Assembly (NCBI GenBank): GCA_041397405.1
Contig: JAWKWS010000008.1
Coordinates: forward strand, 59,975-123,974
DNA length: 64,000 nucleotides
Origin: Xanthobacteraceae bacterium
GTDB lineage: Bacteria > Pseudomonadota > Alphaproteobacteria > Rhizobiales > Xanthobacteraceae
Direction of reading: 5' to 3'
Shown: positions 9,807-19,269 of the stretch, one piece after another
How the letters are laid out: each line of letters begins with the position of its first letter
Position numbering within the stretch: position 1 is the stretch's first letter
Notes under the pieces: model-generated
The model's database searches: none
Told to the model about the DNA's origin: nothing
What the model saw: only the letters and a program-made list of their open reading frames with translations
Position numbers and translations under genes: made by a program

Positions 9807-11081
9807 ATGAACGTTCATACCGCCGTCCCCTCCGACAAGGCCGAACGCCTGGCCCGCGCCCGCGAGGAGGCCTACTCGACCCCGCTGAAGGATTTTCATC
9901 CCGGCGCACCGCGGCTGTTTCAGAACGATACGCTGTGGCCCTGGTTCGAGCGGCTGCGCAAGGAAGAACCGGTGCACTACTGCACCAATTCGCCGATCGA
10001 GCCGTACTGGTCGGTGACCAAATACAACGACATCATGACTGTCGATACCAGCCACCACGTCTTCTCGTCGGACGCGGCGCAGGGCGGCATCAACATCCGC
10101 GACGCCCCGATCGGCTATGACTGGCCGAGCTTCATCGCAATGGACCAGCCCAGGCATTCGGCGCAGCGCAAGACCGTGACGCCGATGTTCACGCCGACGC
10201 ATCTGGACGAGCTGGCCAAGCTGATCCGCCAGCGCACCATCAAGGTGCTGGACGGCCTGCCGCGCAACGAGACCTTCAACTGGGTCGACCGGGTCTCGAT
10301 CGAATTGACGACTCAGATGCTGGCGACGCTGTTCGATTTCCCGTTCGAGGAGCGGCGCAAGCTGACGCGCTGGTCGGACGTCTCCACCGCGCTGCCCAAG
10401 AGCGGCGTCGTCTCCTCCCCGGAGGAGCGCCGGCGCGAGATGGACGAGTGCTATGCCTACATGTCGAAGCTGTGGAACGAGCGTGTCAACGCGCCGCCGC
10501 GGAACGACCTGCTGTCGATGATGGCGCACAGCCCGGCGACGCGGAACATGGATCCCGACAACCTGATGGGCAACATCATCCTGCTCATCGTCGGCGGCAA
10601 CGACACCACCCGCAACACCATGAGCGGTTCGGTGCTGGCGCTGAACGAGAACCCCGACCAGTACAAAAAGCTGCGCGAGAACCCCGATCTCATCGAATCG
10701 ATGATACCGGAGGTCATCCGATGGCAGACGCCGCTCGCCCACATGCGGCGCACCGCGCTTGAAGATACCGAGCTCGGCGGCAAGAAGATCAAAAAGGGCG
10801 ACCGCGTCGTGATGTGGTACGTCTCGGGCAACCGCGACGATGAAGTGATCGAGAACCCCAACGAGTTCATCATCGACCGGCCGCGGCCGCGCACCCATCT
10901 GTCGTTCGGCTTCGGCATCCACCGCTGCGTCGGCATGCGGCTCGCCGAGCTGCAACTGCGCATCGTCTGGCAGGAGACCCTGAAGCGGTTCGAGAAGATC
11001 GAGGTCGTCGGCGAGCCGAAGCGGGTCTACTCCTCCTTCGTCCGCGGCATCGAGCAGTTGCCCGTACGCATACCGGGCTAG
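9807..11081 (+). CDS. cytochrome P450, CYP153-like (copy 2, tandem paralog)
   Basis: 424 aa from internal ATG 9807 of ORF 9720..11081. Same motifs as copy 1 and collinear similarity over the whole length. Confidence 0.9.
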   Translation: MNVHTAVPSDKAERLARAREEAYSTPLKDFHPGAPRLFQNDTLWPWFERLRKEEPVHYCTNSPIEPYWSVTKYNDIMTVDTSHHVFSSDAAQGGINIRDAPIGYDWPSFIAMDQPRHSAQRKTVTPMFTPTHLDELAKLIRQRTIKVLDGLPRNETFNWVDRVSIELTTQMLATLFDFPFEERRKLTRWSDVSTALPKSGVVSSPEERRREMDECYAYMSKLWNERVNAPPRNDLLSMMAHSPATRNMDPDNLMGNIILLIVGGNDTTRNTMSGSVLALNENPDQYKKLRENPDLIESMIPEVIRWQTPLAHMRRTALEDTELGGKKIKKGDRVVMWYVSGNRDDEVIENPNEFIIDRPRPRTHLSFGFGIHRCVGMRLAELQLRIVWQETLKRFEKIEVVGEPKRVYSSFVRGIEQLPVRIPG

Positions 11082-11095
11082 AGGATGCCGGCTGC

Positions 11096-11533
11096 ATGAC
11101 CGGGGCCGACCGCATCAGGCAGCTCGCCGGCATCATGGAGCTGCCCGGGTTTCCGAAGTCGTCCGGCATGCGCGTCGTGTCGGCCGAGCCCGGCAAGGTG
11201 ACGATGGCGCTCGCGAAGCGACCGGACCTGACCCAGTTCTTCGGGCATTTCCACGGCGGCGTCATCACGGCGCTGGCCGATCATGCCGCAGGCGCCTGCG
11301 CCACGACGTCGCTGCCTGAGGGCAAGATTGCGGTGACGGTGGAGATCAAGATCAACTTTCTTAGCCCCGCCGACGGCGAGGAAATCGTCGCCCGCGCCGA
11401 GACCATCCAGGCAGGCTCTAGCATCGGCGTCGTCAAGGTCGAGGTGGCCTCGCAAAAGGCCGGCGCCGAGCGCATCTGCGCCTTCGCCACCGCCACCATG
11501 CGCGCGATGGACCTGCCGGCCGGCTTCCGCTGA
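11096..11533 (+). CDS. PaaI-family hotdog-fold thioesterase
   Basis: 145 aa with the HGGVITALADHAAG motif typical of the PaaI/4HBT-type family. It starts 14 nt after the P450 stop. Confidence 0.8.
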   Translation: MTGADRIRQLAGIMELPGFPKSSGMRVVSAEPGKVTMALAKRPDLTQFFGHFHGGVITALADHAAGACATTSLPEGKIAVTVEIKINFLSPADGEEIVARAETIQAGSSIGVVKVEVASQKAGAERICAFATATMRAMDLPAGFR

Positions 11534-11680
11534 GAGGTCCGATCCCGGGCGGACGGCGGAGAAACTCATAGCCGGTCTCCAAGCTATGCAGGCCGGAAGC
11601 AGGTTAGCCGTTGCAAAGGCCGGGACGATCTCCCAAGACAGAGCCTCACCTGACCGAAAAGCCACCCACCAGCCGAGCCG

Positions 11681-12850
11681 ATGACCCAGCCCGATCACGA
11701 CCACGACTACTCCGACATCCGCGACGCCGTCGCCAAGCTCTGCGCCCAGTTTCCCGGCGAATACTGGCGCAAGCTCGACCGCGCGATGGCTTACCCGACC
11801 GACTTCGTCAACGCGCTGACGGAGGCCGGTTATCTCTCGGTGCTGATCCCGGAGGAATATGGCGGCGCCGGCCTGAAGCTGTCGGCCGCCACCGCGATCC
11901 TGGAGGAAATCCATCGCGCCGGCTGCAATGCGGGGGCCTGCCACGCCCAGATGTACACCATGGGCACGGTGCTGCGGCATGGCAGCGACGAGCAGAAGGC
12001 AAAATGGCTGCCGCAGATCGCGAGCGGCAAGCTGCGCCTGCAGGCGTTCGGCGTCACCGAGCCGACCAGCGGCACGGACACCTCCTCGCTGAAGACGGTG
12101 GCGCGCAAGGAAGGCAATGACGGCTACGTCGTCAACGGCCAGAAGATCTGGACCAGCCGCGCCGAATATTCCGATCTGATGGTGCTGCTGGCACGCACCA
12201 CGCCGAAGGAACAGGCCAAGAAGCGCACCGAAGGCCTGTCGGTGTTCCTGGTGGACATGCGCGAGGCGCGCAAGGCCGGGCTCTCCATCCGCCCGATCCG
12301 CACCATGATGAACCATTCCACCACGGAAGTGTTCTTCACCGACATGAAGGTGCCGGCGGAAAATCTGGTCGGCGAGGAAGGCAAGGGTTTCCGCTACATC
12401 CTGTCCGGCATGAATGCCGAACGCATCCTCATCGCCTCGGAATGCATCGGCGACGCCAAATGGTTCATCGAAAAAGCCTCGAACTACGCCAAGGAGCGCG
12501 CGGTGTTCGGCCGGCCGATCGGCCAGAACCAGGGCATCCAGTTCCCGATCGCCAAGGCCTACGCCTCGATGCGCGCGGCCGAGCTGATGGTGAAGGAGGC
12601 CACCCGCAAATACGAGGCCGGCCTCGATTGCGGCGCGGAGGCCAACATGGCCAAGATGCTGGCGGCGGACGCGTCCTGGGAAGCGGCCAATGCCGCGATC
12701 CAGACCCATGGCGGCTTCGGCTTCGCCGAGGAATACGACGTCGAGCGCAAGTTCCGCGAGACGCGGCTCTACCAGGTGGCGCCGATCTCGACCAATCTGG
12801 TGCTGTCGTTCATCGCCGAGCATGTGCTCGGCATGCCCCGCTCCTATTGA
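11681..12850 (+). CDS. acyl-CoA dehydrogenase family protein
   Basis: 389 aa. ACAD N, middle and C-terminal domains are recognisable (FGVTEPTSGTDTSS, QIWTS, catalytic-base region YDVERKFRETRLYQVAP). Confidence 0.9.
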   Translation: MTQPDHDHDYSDIRDAVAKLCAQFPGEYWRKLDRAMAYPTDFVNALTEAGYLSVLIPEEYGGAGLKLSAATAILEEIHRAGCNAGACHAQMYTMGTVLRHGSDEQKAKWLPQIASGKLRLQAFGVTEPTSGTDTSSLKTVARKEGNDGYVVNGQKIWTSRAEYSDLMVLLARTTPKEQAKKRTEGLSVFLVDMREARKAGLSIRPIRTMMNHSTTEVFFTDMKVPAENLVGEEGKGFRYILSGMNAERILIASECIGDAKWFIEKASNYAKERAVFGRPIGQNQGIQFPIAKAYASMRAAELMVKEATRKYEAGLDCGAEANMAKMLAADASWEAANAAIQTHGGFGFAEEYDVERKFRETRLYQVAPISTNLVLSFIAEHVLGMPRSY

Positions 12851-12859
12851 GAGGCGATC

Positions 12860-13987
12860 ATGCTGCCACTGGAAGGAATCGTCGTCATTGCGGTGGAACA
12901 GGCGGTGGCCGCGCCGTTCTGCTCGTCGCGGCTGGCCGATGCCGGCGCGCGCGTCATCAAGCTGGAACGGCCGGAGGGCGATTTCGCCCGCGGCTATGAC
13001 GCCGCCGCCAGGGGCCAGAGCAGCTATTTCGTCTGGCTCAACCGCGGCAAGGATTCGGTCGTCATCGATCTCGCCACCAAGGAAGGCCGGCAGGCGCTGG
13101 AGGACCTGATCGCCAGCGCCGACGTGCTGCTGCAGAACCTCAAGCCCGGCTCGATGGACAAGCTCGGCTTCTCCGTGGAGCGGCTGCGCCGGGATTATCC
13201 CTCGCTGATCACCTGCACCATCACCGGCTATGGCGACAGCGGCCCCTATGCGCACCGCAAGGCCTATGATCTCCTGATCCAGGCCGAGAGCGGGCTTGCC
13301 TCGATCACCGGCGGACCGGAGGGCGCCTCGCGGGTCGGCATGTCGATCGTCGACGTTGCAACCGGCGCCACCGCCCATGCCTCGATCCTGGAAGCGCTGA
13401 TCGGACGCGGCCGCACCGGCAAGGGCGTCGACATCCGCATCTCCATGTTCGACGTGATGGCGGACTGGTGCACCGTGCCGCTGCTCAACGCCGAAAACGG
13501 CAAGCCGCCGCAGCGCATGGGCCTCGCCCATCCCTCGGTGGCGCCCTACGGCGTATTCCAGTCCAAGGACGGCAAGGACATCCTGATCTCGATCCAGAAC
13601 GAGCGCGAGTGGAAGACGCTGTGCGCCGGCGTGCTTGGGCAACCGGACCTGCCGTCCGATCCACGTCTGGCAAACAATGTCGAGCGCGTGAAGAACCGTT
13701 CGCTCACAGACAAGACGGTGGCGGACAGTTTTGCCAAGCTGACCCGCGACGAACTCCTGAAGAAGCTGGCGGACGCCGACATCGCCTTTGCCGAAGTGAA
13801 CAGCATGGACGATCTGTCCAAACATCCGCATCTGCGCCGCATCGAGGTGGACACGCCGAACGGCAAGGTAACCTATCCGGCGCCTGCCATGATCGTGCTC
13901 GGCGAGACGCGCAAATATGGCGCGGTGCCCGCCGTCGGCGATCACCGCGAACTGCCGAAAGTCCAACCGATCAGGAAGTCGTCATGA
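12860..13987 (+). CDS. family III (CaiB/BaiF) CoA-transferase
   Basis: 375 aa. N-terminal LEGIVVIAVEQAVAAPFCSSRLADAGARVIKLERPEGD is the classic family III signature. Confidence 0.9.
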   Translation: MLPLEGIVVIAVEQAVAAPFCSSRLADAGARVIKLERPEGDFARGYDAAARGQSSYFVWLNRGKDSVVIDLATKEGRQALEDLIASADVLLQNLKPGSMDKLGFSVERLRRDYPSLITCTITGYGDSGPYAHRKAYDLLIQAESGLASITGGPEGASRVGMSIVDVATGATAHASILEALIGRGRTGKGVDIRISMFDVMADWCTVPLLNAENGKPPQRMGLAHPSVAPYGVFQSKDGKDILISIQNEREWKTLCAGVLGQPDLPSDPRLANNVERVKNRSLTDKTVADSFAKLTRDELLKKLADADIAFAEVNSMDDLSKHPHLRRIEVDTPNGKVTYPAPAMIVLGETRKYGAVPAVGDHRELPKVQPIRKSS

Positions 13988-14856
13988 ACGCTCCCGCCGC
14001 CGCGGGCGAAAAGCCCGATATCGATCACCTGCGGCAATGGATCGGCCGCACCGAGGAAGCGACCGACATCGTCACCGCGCAACTGGTGAAAGGCCTGCGC
14101 GCGACCCTGTTCCAGGAAATCGGCGAGCCGAAGCGCGGAGACGCCGCGCCCTTCACCGCGCATTGGTGCCTGGCGCCGCCGGTTTATCCGATGTCGCAAT
14201 TGAGCCAGGACGGCCACCCGACCCGCGGCGGCTTCCTGCCGCCGGTGCCGCTGCCGCGCCGGATGTGGGCCGGCGGCGAGCTGGAATTCATCGAGCCCGT
14301 GCGCGTCGGCGACGAGGTCAAGCGCGCCTCGCGCATCTCGGACGTGACGCTGAAGAGCGGCTCCACCGGCACGCTGTGCTTCGTGGCGGTCCATCACGAG
14401 ATCACCACGCCGCGCGGCACAGCCATCCGCGAGCGGCACGATATCGTCTATCGCGAGGCCACCACGGGTCCGCAGGTGGCGCCGAAGGCCCCGCCCCCGC
14501 CGCCGCCAGCCAAGCATCGGGAGAGCCACGTTTCCGATCCTGTGCTGCTGTTTCGTTACTCGGCGCTGACCTTCAACGGTCACCGCATCCATTACGACCG
14601 CGACTACGTGACCAAGGTCGAGGGCTATCCGGGCCTCGTGTTCCACGGGCCGCTGCAGGCCTCGTTCATCATCGAATTCGCGGCGAAGCTGCACGGCGGC
14701 CAACCGCCGAAGAAGTTCGTGTATCGCGGCGTGCAGCCGCTGTTCGAAGGCAGCGAGTTCTCGATCAACGCCAACGACAACGGCTCCGGCGGCATGGAGA
14801 TGTGGACCGCGAACGCCGAGGGACAGCCGACCATGAAGGGCGTGGCGACGTGGTAG
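13984..14856 (+). CDS. MaoC/FAS1-like (HTD2-type) enoyl-CoA hydratase family protein
   Basis: 290 aa from ATG 13984, which overlaps the CoA-transferase stop (ATGA). RRMWAGGELEF and the C-terminal hotdog part (NGHRIHYDRDYV..GLVFHGPL) are present. Confidence 0.75.
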   Translation: MNAPAAAGEKPDIDHLRQWIGRTEEATDIVTAQLVKGLRATLFQEIGEPKRGDAAPFTAHWCLAPPVYPMSQLSQDGHPTRGGFLPPVPLPRRMWAGGELEFIEPVRVGDEVKRASRISDVTLKSGSTGTLCFVAVHHEITTPRGTAIRERHDIVYREATTGPQVAPKAPPPPPPAKHRESHVSDPVLLFRYSALTFNGHRIHYDRDYVTKVEGYPGLVFHGPLQASFIIEFAAKLHGGQPPKKFVYRGVQPLFEGSEFSINANDNGSGGMEMWTANAEGQPTMKGVATW

Positions 14857-14862
14857 TAAAGA

Positions 14863-14948
14863 CCGTCATTGCGAGCGAAGCGAAGCAATCCACCCATCCC
14901 CGTAGGGAGAGATGGATTGCTTCGTCGCTTTACTCCTCGCAATGACGG
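14863..14948. repeat. REP-type intergenic inverted repeat (CCGTCATTGCGAGCGAAGCGAAGCAATCCA ... TGGATTGCTTCGTCGC..CTCGCAATGACGG)
   Basis: Long imperfect inverted repeat read from the sequence. I recall this family as dispersed in Bradyrhizobium/Rhodopseudomonas-type genomes. Confidence 0.7.
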
Positions 14949-14967
14949 GAGACAGGGCCAAAAGATC

Positions 14968-16596
14968 ATGCCTTCCCGCAAGCCAGCCAAGCCCGCCGGC
15001 AAGTCCATCACAGTCCGCGACGCCACCTTCGGCCTGTTGCGCGCGTTCGGCATCAAAAAGGTATTCGGCAATCCCGGCTCGACCGAGCTGCCGTTCCTTG
15101 CCGACTGGCCCGATGACATCGACTATGTGCTCGGCCTGCAGGAAGCCTCCTGCGTAGGAATGGCCGACGGCTACGCCCAGGCAACGCGCAATGCCGGCTT
15201 CGTCAACCTGCATTCGGCTGCCGGCGTCGGCAACGCGCTCGGCAATATCTACACCGCCCATCGCAACCAGACGCCGCTCGTCATCACCGCAGGCCAGCAG
15301 GCGCGATCGATCCTGCCGCTGCAGGCATTTCTCTATGCCGAGCGCGCTGCCGAATTTCCCCGTCCTTACGTGAAATACAGCGTCGAGCCGGCGCGGCCCG
15401 AGGACGTGCCCGCGGCCATCGCACGCGCCTATTACACGGCGATGCAGCCGCCTTGCGGGCCGACCTTCGTGTCCGTGCCGATCGACGACTGGACGCACGC
15501 GACCTCGCCGCTCGAGGCGCGGCAGGTCAGTCGCGAGCTCGGTCCCGATCCATCGTCAATGAAAGCGCTGGCAGCAGCCATTGCCGAGAGCAAACGCCCG
15601 GCACTGGTCGTCGGTCCCGGTGTCGACCGCGCGCTAGCCGTCGACCTGATGGTCGAAGTGGCGGAGAAGACACGGGCCTCGGTCTGGGTCAGCCCGTTCT
15701 CGGCACGCTGCTCCTTCCCGGAGCGGCATCCGCAGTTCGCAGGTTTCCTGCATGCCTCGCCCGGCCAACTCTCGGATGCCCTCGCGCTTCACGATCTTGT
15801 CGTCGTGATCGGCGCACCGGCCTTCACCTTCCATGTCGAGGGCCACGCTTCGATCTTCGACGGCGCTACCTCGATCTTCCAGATCACGGACGATCCGACC
15901 GCGGCTGCCGTCACTCCGCGCGGCACCAGCGTCGTCGCAACCATGAAGCCGGCGCTGACGATGCTGCTGGAAATGTTGCCGGCTGCCAAACGCGTCATGC
16001 CGGCCGCCCGCCTGCTGCCGCCTGCGCCTGTTGCCGCCGACCCCATTCCAGTGGAATATCTGCTGCACACGCTGTCGAACGCGATGCCCGACAATGCCGT
16101 GCTGGTGGAAGAAGCGCCCTCGCACCGCCCGGCGATGCAGAAGTTTATGCCGATGCGCGGCCAGGACAGCTTCTACACCATGGCGAGCGGCGGGCTCGGC
16201 TGGAGCCTGCCCGCATCGGTCGGCATGGCGCTCGGCCGCGCTGATGTCCGCACCGTCTGTCTGATCGGCGACGGTTCGGCCATGTATTCGATCCAGGCGC
16301 TGTGGACCGCGGCACAACGCAAGCTGCCGCTCACCGTGGTCGTCATCAACAATTCCGGCTACGGCGCGATGCGCTCGTTCAGCCAGGTGATGCAGGTGCG
16401 CAACGTGCCCGGCATCGACATCGCAGGTCTCGACTTCGTCAAACTGGCGCAGGGCCACGGCTGCGAGGCGATACGGGTGACGAGATCGTCGGAACTTGCG
16501 CCTGCGCTCGAACGAGCGCTCTCGTGCGACGGCGCCAGCCTCGTCGAAGTGATGGTCGACGCCGCCGTGCCTCTGCTCTACGCGCAGAAAGGCTAA
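14968..16596 (+). CDS. mdlC: thiamine-diphosphate-dependent benzoylformate decarboxylase homolog
   Basis: 542 aa from ATG 14968. Collinear with my memory of P. putida MdlC (VFGNPGSTELPFL, ADGYAQA, NLHSAAGVGNA, GDGSAMYSIQALWTAAQ). Confidence 0.8.
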   Translation: MPSRKPAKPAGKSITVRDATFGLLRAFGIKKVFGNPGSTELPFLADWPDDIDYVLGLQEASCVGMADGYAQATRNAGFVNLHSAAGVGNALGNIYTAHRNQTPLVITAGQQARSILPLQAFLYAERAAEFPRPYVKYSVEPARPEDVPAAIARAYYTAMQPPCGPTFVSVPIDDWTHATSPLEARQVSRELGPDPSSMKALAAAIAESKRPALVVGPGVDRALAVDLMVEVAEKTRASVWVSPFSARCSFPERHPQFAGFLHASPGQLSDALALHDLVVVIGAPAFTFHVEGHASIFDGATSIFQITDDPTAAAVTPRGTSVVATMKPALTMLLEMLPAAKRVMPAARLLPPAPVAADPIPVEYLLHTLSNAMPDNAVLVEEAPSHRPAMQKFMPMRGQDSFYTMASGGLGWSLPASVGMALGRADVRTVCLIGDGSAMYSIQALWTAAQRKLPLTVVVINNSGYGAMRSFSQVMQVRNVPGIDIAGLDFVKLAQGHGCEAIRVTRSSELAPALERALSCDGASLVEVMVDAAVPLLYAQKG

Positions 16597-17222
16597 GCCG
16601 GGCTCGCCTGCCGCGCCGCGTGCGCGTTGGCGATCTCTTCAGCCATCCTACCGTAGTCGGTCCAGACCAGATTGAGGAACAGCGGTGCTTCCTCGCCGCT
16701 CTTCAGCATCTCGCCATAGCGCTCGCTGGCGCCGTCGGCGGCCCACCATTTCTGCGCGGTCGAGACGGTACGGCGGAAATTGCGCAACGCGCCGTAGAAC
16801 TGTTTCGGATCGGCGCCGGCCGACACCGCGCAGTCGACCAGCCAATTGAAGCCGGCGATGATCGCGATGGCGAGATCGGCCTGGGTGACACCGGTGAATT
16901 CGACCACGGTCTCTTCGTGCGGAATCTGACGCAGATAGCCGTCCAGCAATTCGGCCTGCCGCTCGGGCTCGGCAAGCAGCGTGAATTCGCGCCGCGGCAC
17001 CATCAACAGATAGCGGAAAGCCTCCAGCCGCGTGTGATCGGCGATAACAGCCCGGTCGCAACCCGGATCCGAAGCGGTGCGCTTGCAGGCGGGTGAGATC
17101 AGCTTTCCACTGTCGACGTCGTCAAGATAGCGCTTGCCGCGCTTCTCGATGTCGTCGAGCAGCGCGTGAGGGCCGTCCAGCGTTACCGTTTCCGCATCCT
17201 TCGCGAAAGGCCACCAGTTCAT
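16593..17222 (-). CDS. hypothetical protein (209 aa)
   Basis: Internal ATG 17222 of ORF 16593..17543. The MNWWPFAKDAETVTLDG.. part has good GC3. No family recognised. Its stop overlaps the mdlC stop. Confidence 0.5.
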   Translation of the reverse strand: MNWWPFAKDAETVTLDGPHALLDDIEKRGKRYLDDVDSGKLISPACKRTASDPGCDRAVIADHTRLEAFRYLLMVPRREFTLLAEPERQAELLDGYLRQIPHEETVVEFTGVTQADLAIAIIAGFNWLVDCAVSAGADPKQFYGALRNFRRTVSTAQKWWAADGASERYGEMLKSGEEAPLFLNLVWTDYGRMAEEIANAHAARQASPA

Positions 17223-17555
17223 GAGGCACCGGAGCAGCGGTTGGCGTGGAGTCCAGAAAGTCCCAAAACAGCATTGGCTTGCCTGAATGTGGCAACAAGC
17301 GGGCGCACGTCTTCTTTCGTCCGAAAGCGTGGCGGACTGTCGCGGACGAGACCGCGCTGCAATATCCGACTTCCGGCTGAGCGCCGACACTGCGGCATAG
17401 CCACAGAGCCGCTTAGGCGACCCGCATCCTGAGGAAGCCGTGGAGCGGCCGACTCGAAGGATGACGGCAGACGAGACCAGGCCTTCATGGTTGTCCCGGC
17501 GATGCGAAGCACCGTCCGGAGACGCGCGTTCCGCGCTCCTCACTCTGAGGGGCGG

Positions 17556-18350
17556 CTACTTGCCGTAGGCCTCTCGCATCTTCGCCTGGATCTTGGCCAT
17601 GCCCGATATCCAGCGGTCGTAATTCTCGGTCTTCTTGCGCATGTAGCCGAGCACCTGCGGGTGCGGCAGGATCACGAACGTCTCCTGCTCGAGGCCCGCG
17701 AGCACGTCCCGAGCCACCTGCTCCGGCGAAAGGTCGCCGTCGCCGGACTGCGGCCCCTTAGGGATCGAACGCAGCATGTTGGTGTCGACACCCTGCGGGC
17801 AGAGAATGGAAACCCTGATGTTGTCGGCCTTGTGCGAGATCGCGAGGTTCTCGGCAAAGCCCACGGCACCGTGCTTGGTGGCGGAATAGGCGGGGCTGCC
17901 GACCTGCGACAACAGGCCCGCCGCCGAAATCGTGTTGAGGAAATAGCCGCCGCCGCGCGCCTTGTAGCGCGGCACCAGATGCCGTGCAGCGTAGACATGC
18001 GCCATGACGTGGATGGCCCAGCTCCGCTGCCATGGCTCGTCGGAATCCCCGCCGGCATTGACCGACATCGGATCGAAGCCGCCGCCGATGCCGGCATTCG
18101 AGCAGAACAGCGCGATCGGCCCGAACTGGCGCTCGGTTTCCTCGATGACATGGAGGATATCTTTTTCCTTGCCGACGTCGCATTTGAAGGCGGCGCCATC
18201 GATGGTGCCGGCCACCGCACGCGCGGCGTTGGGATCGATGTCGGCAACCACCACCTTGGCTGCGCCTGCGCGATGGAAGGCCTCGCACATGGCCCGCCCG
18301 ATGCCGTTACCGCCGCCCGTGACCACCACGACCTTGCCGGCCACCTGCAT
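17556..18350 (-). CDS. SDR family oxidoreductase
   Basis: 264 aa with the TGGGNGIG cofactor motif, NAG and the YSATK catalytic motif. Confidence 0.9.
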   Translation of the reverse strand: MQVAGKVVVVTGGGNGIGRAMCEAFHRAGAAKVVVADIDPNAARAVAGTIDGAAFKCDVGKEKDILHVIEETERQFGPIALFCSNAGIGGGFDPMSVNAGGDSDEPWQRSWAIHVMAHVYAARHLVPRYKARGGGYFLNTISAAGLLSQVGSPAYSATKHGAVGFAENLAISHKADNIRVSILCPQGVDTNMLRSIPKGPQSGDGDLSPEQVARDVLAGLEQETFVILPHPQVLGYMRKKTENYDRWISGMAKIQAKMREAYGK

Positions 18351-18390
18351 GGCACCCTCCCCGTTTTATCGTTGTCGCTGTTTTTACCGC

Positions 18391-19086
18391 TTACTTCAGC
18401 ACGATGTCGAGCACGGCCGTGTAATGGCAGGCCGCGCCGGACAGCACGAAGCCGTGCCAGATCGCATTCTGGAAGCGCAGCCGCTGCCAGGCATGGAACA
18501 CGACGCCGAACGTGTAGAGCATCCCGCCCGCGACGATGAAGCCCAGCGCCAGCGCCGGCAATGCGTTCACCACGGCGTCGTAGAGCATCATGCCGCTCCA
18601 GCCCATGGCGAGGTAAAGGCCGACCGCCAGCCGGTCGAACCGGCCGGGATATTTCAGTTTCAGCACGATGCCGGCAATCGCGGCGCACCACACGCCGATC
18701 AGCAGCACGACGGCCAGCGCGCTTTCCCTCACCTGCATGATGAAGGGTGTATAGGTCGCGGCGATCAGCACATAGATCGCGGAATGGTCGAGCCGCCGCA
18801 GCACCCATTTGGCGCGCGAGACCGGCCACATATTGTAGGTGGCGGAAAAGCCGAGCATCGCCAGCAGACCCGCAACGTAGATGGCGGACACCACGATATC
18901 GAGAGGCGACGCATAGACGGAGGCGAGCACGATCAGGGCGGTGGCAGCGACCAGACCGAAGCAGACGCCGACGATGTGGACGACGCCGTCGGCGATCAGC
19001 TCGGCACGGTCGTAGTTCCAGTGCATGGCGTCGGCCGCCGCATGGAACGATGTCGAGGCCAGTTGCTTCAGTCGAAAAACAGTCAT
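18391..19086 (-). CDS. hemolysin III / PAQR family membrane protein
   Basis: 231 aa, seven predicted TM helices. Conserved DHSAIY and terminal H..FH/HxxxH type motifs (LDHSAIYVLIAATYTP, FHAWQ..WHGFV). Confidence 0.85.
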   Translation of the reverse strand: MTVFRLKQLASTSFHAAADAMHWNYDRAELIADGVVHIVGVCFGLVAATALIVLASVYASPLDIVVSAIYVAGLLAMLGFSATYNMWPVSRAKWVLRRLDHSAIYVLIAATYTPFIMQVRESALAVVLLIGVWCAAIAGIVLKLKYPGRFDRLAVGLYLAMGWSGMMLYDAVVNALPALALGFIVAGGMLYTFGVVFHAWQRLRFQNAIWHGFVLSGAACHYTAVLDIVLK

Positions 19087-19269
19087 GCCACAGTCTACTC
19101 AGCTTCCAGATCGGTAGATGATGGGGTATCTCCGGTCAACGAAGGGTTCACGACCCCAGTCAAATCTCGTCAAAACCATGGCGCTTGATTTTGGCATGCC
19201 AATCGCCACCTTTTGCGATGGTAGTTTTACGGATTTCCCCCTCCTCTCGCCGGATCTCGACGCCGCCGC

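Noticed and set aside
8288-10955. Two long minus-strand ORFs (8288..9808 and 9735..10955) opposite the P450 genes
   Set aside because: The plus-strand P450 identifications are unambiguous, and the minus frames have degenerate composition.
11078-13966. 962-aa minus-strand ORF spanning four plus-strand genes
   Set aside because: Its translation is Arg/Ala/Gly/His-rich with no recognisable domains. The opposite strand encodes four clearly recognisable enzymes. This is a typical stop-free antisense frame in high-GC DNA.
19191-19202. 12-bp palindrome TTGGCATGCCAA upstream of ycjX, superficially sigma-54-like (TGGCA)
   Set aside because: The spacing and -12 element do not fit TGGCAC-N5-TTGC (TCGC is at the expected position). 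The palindrome is short and there is no supporting evidence.
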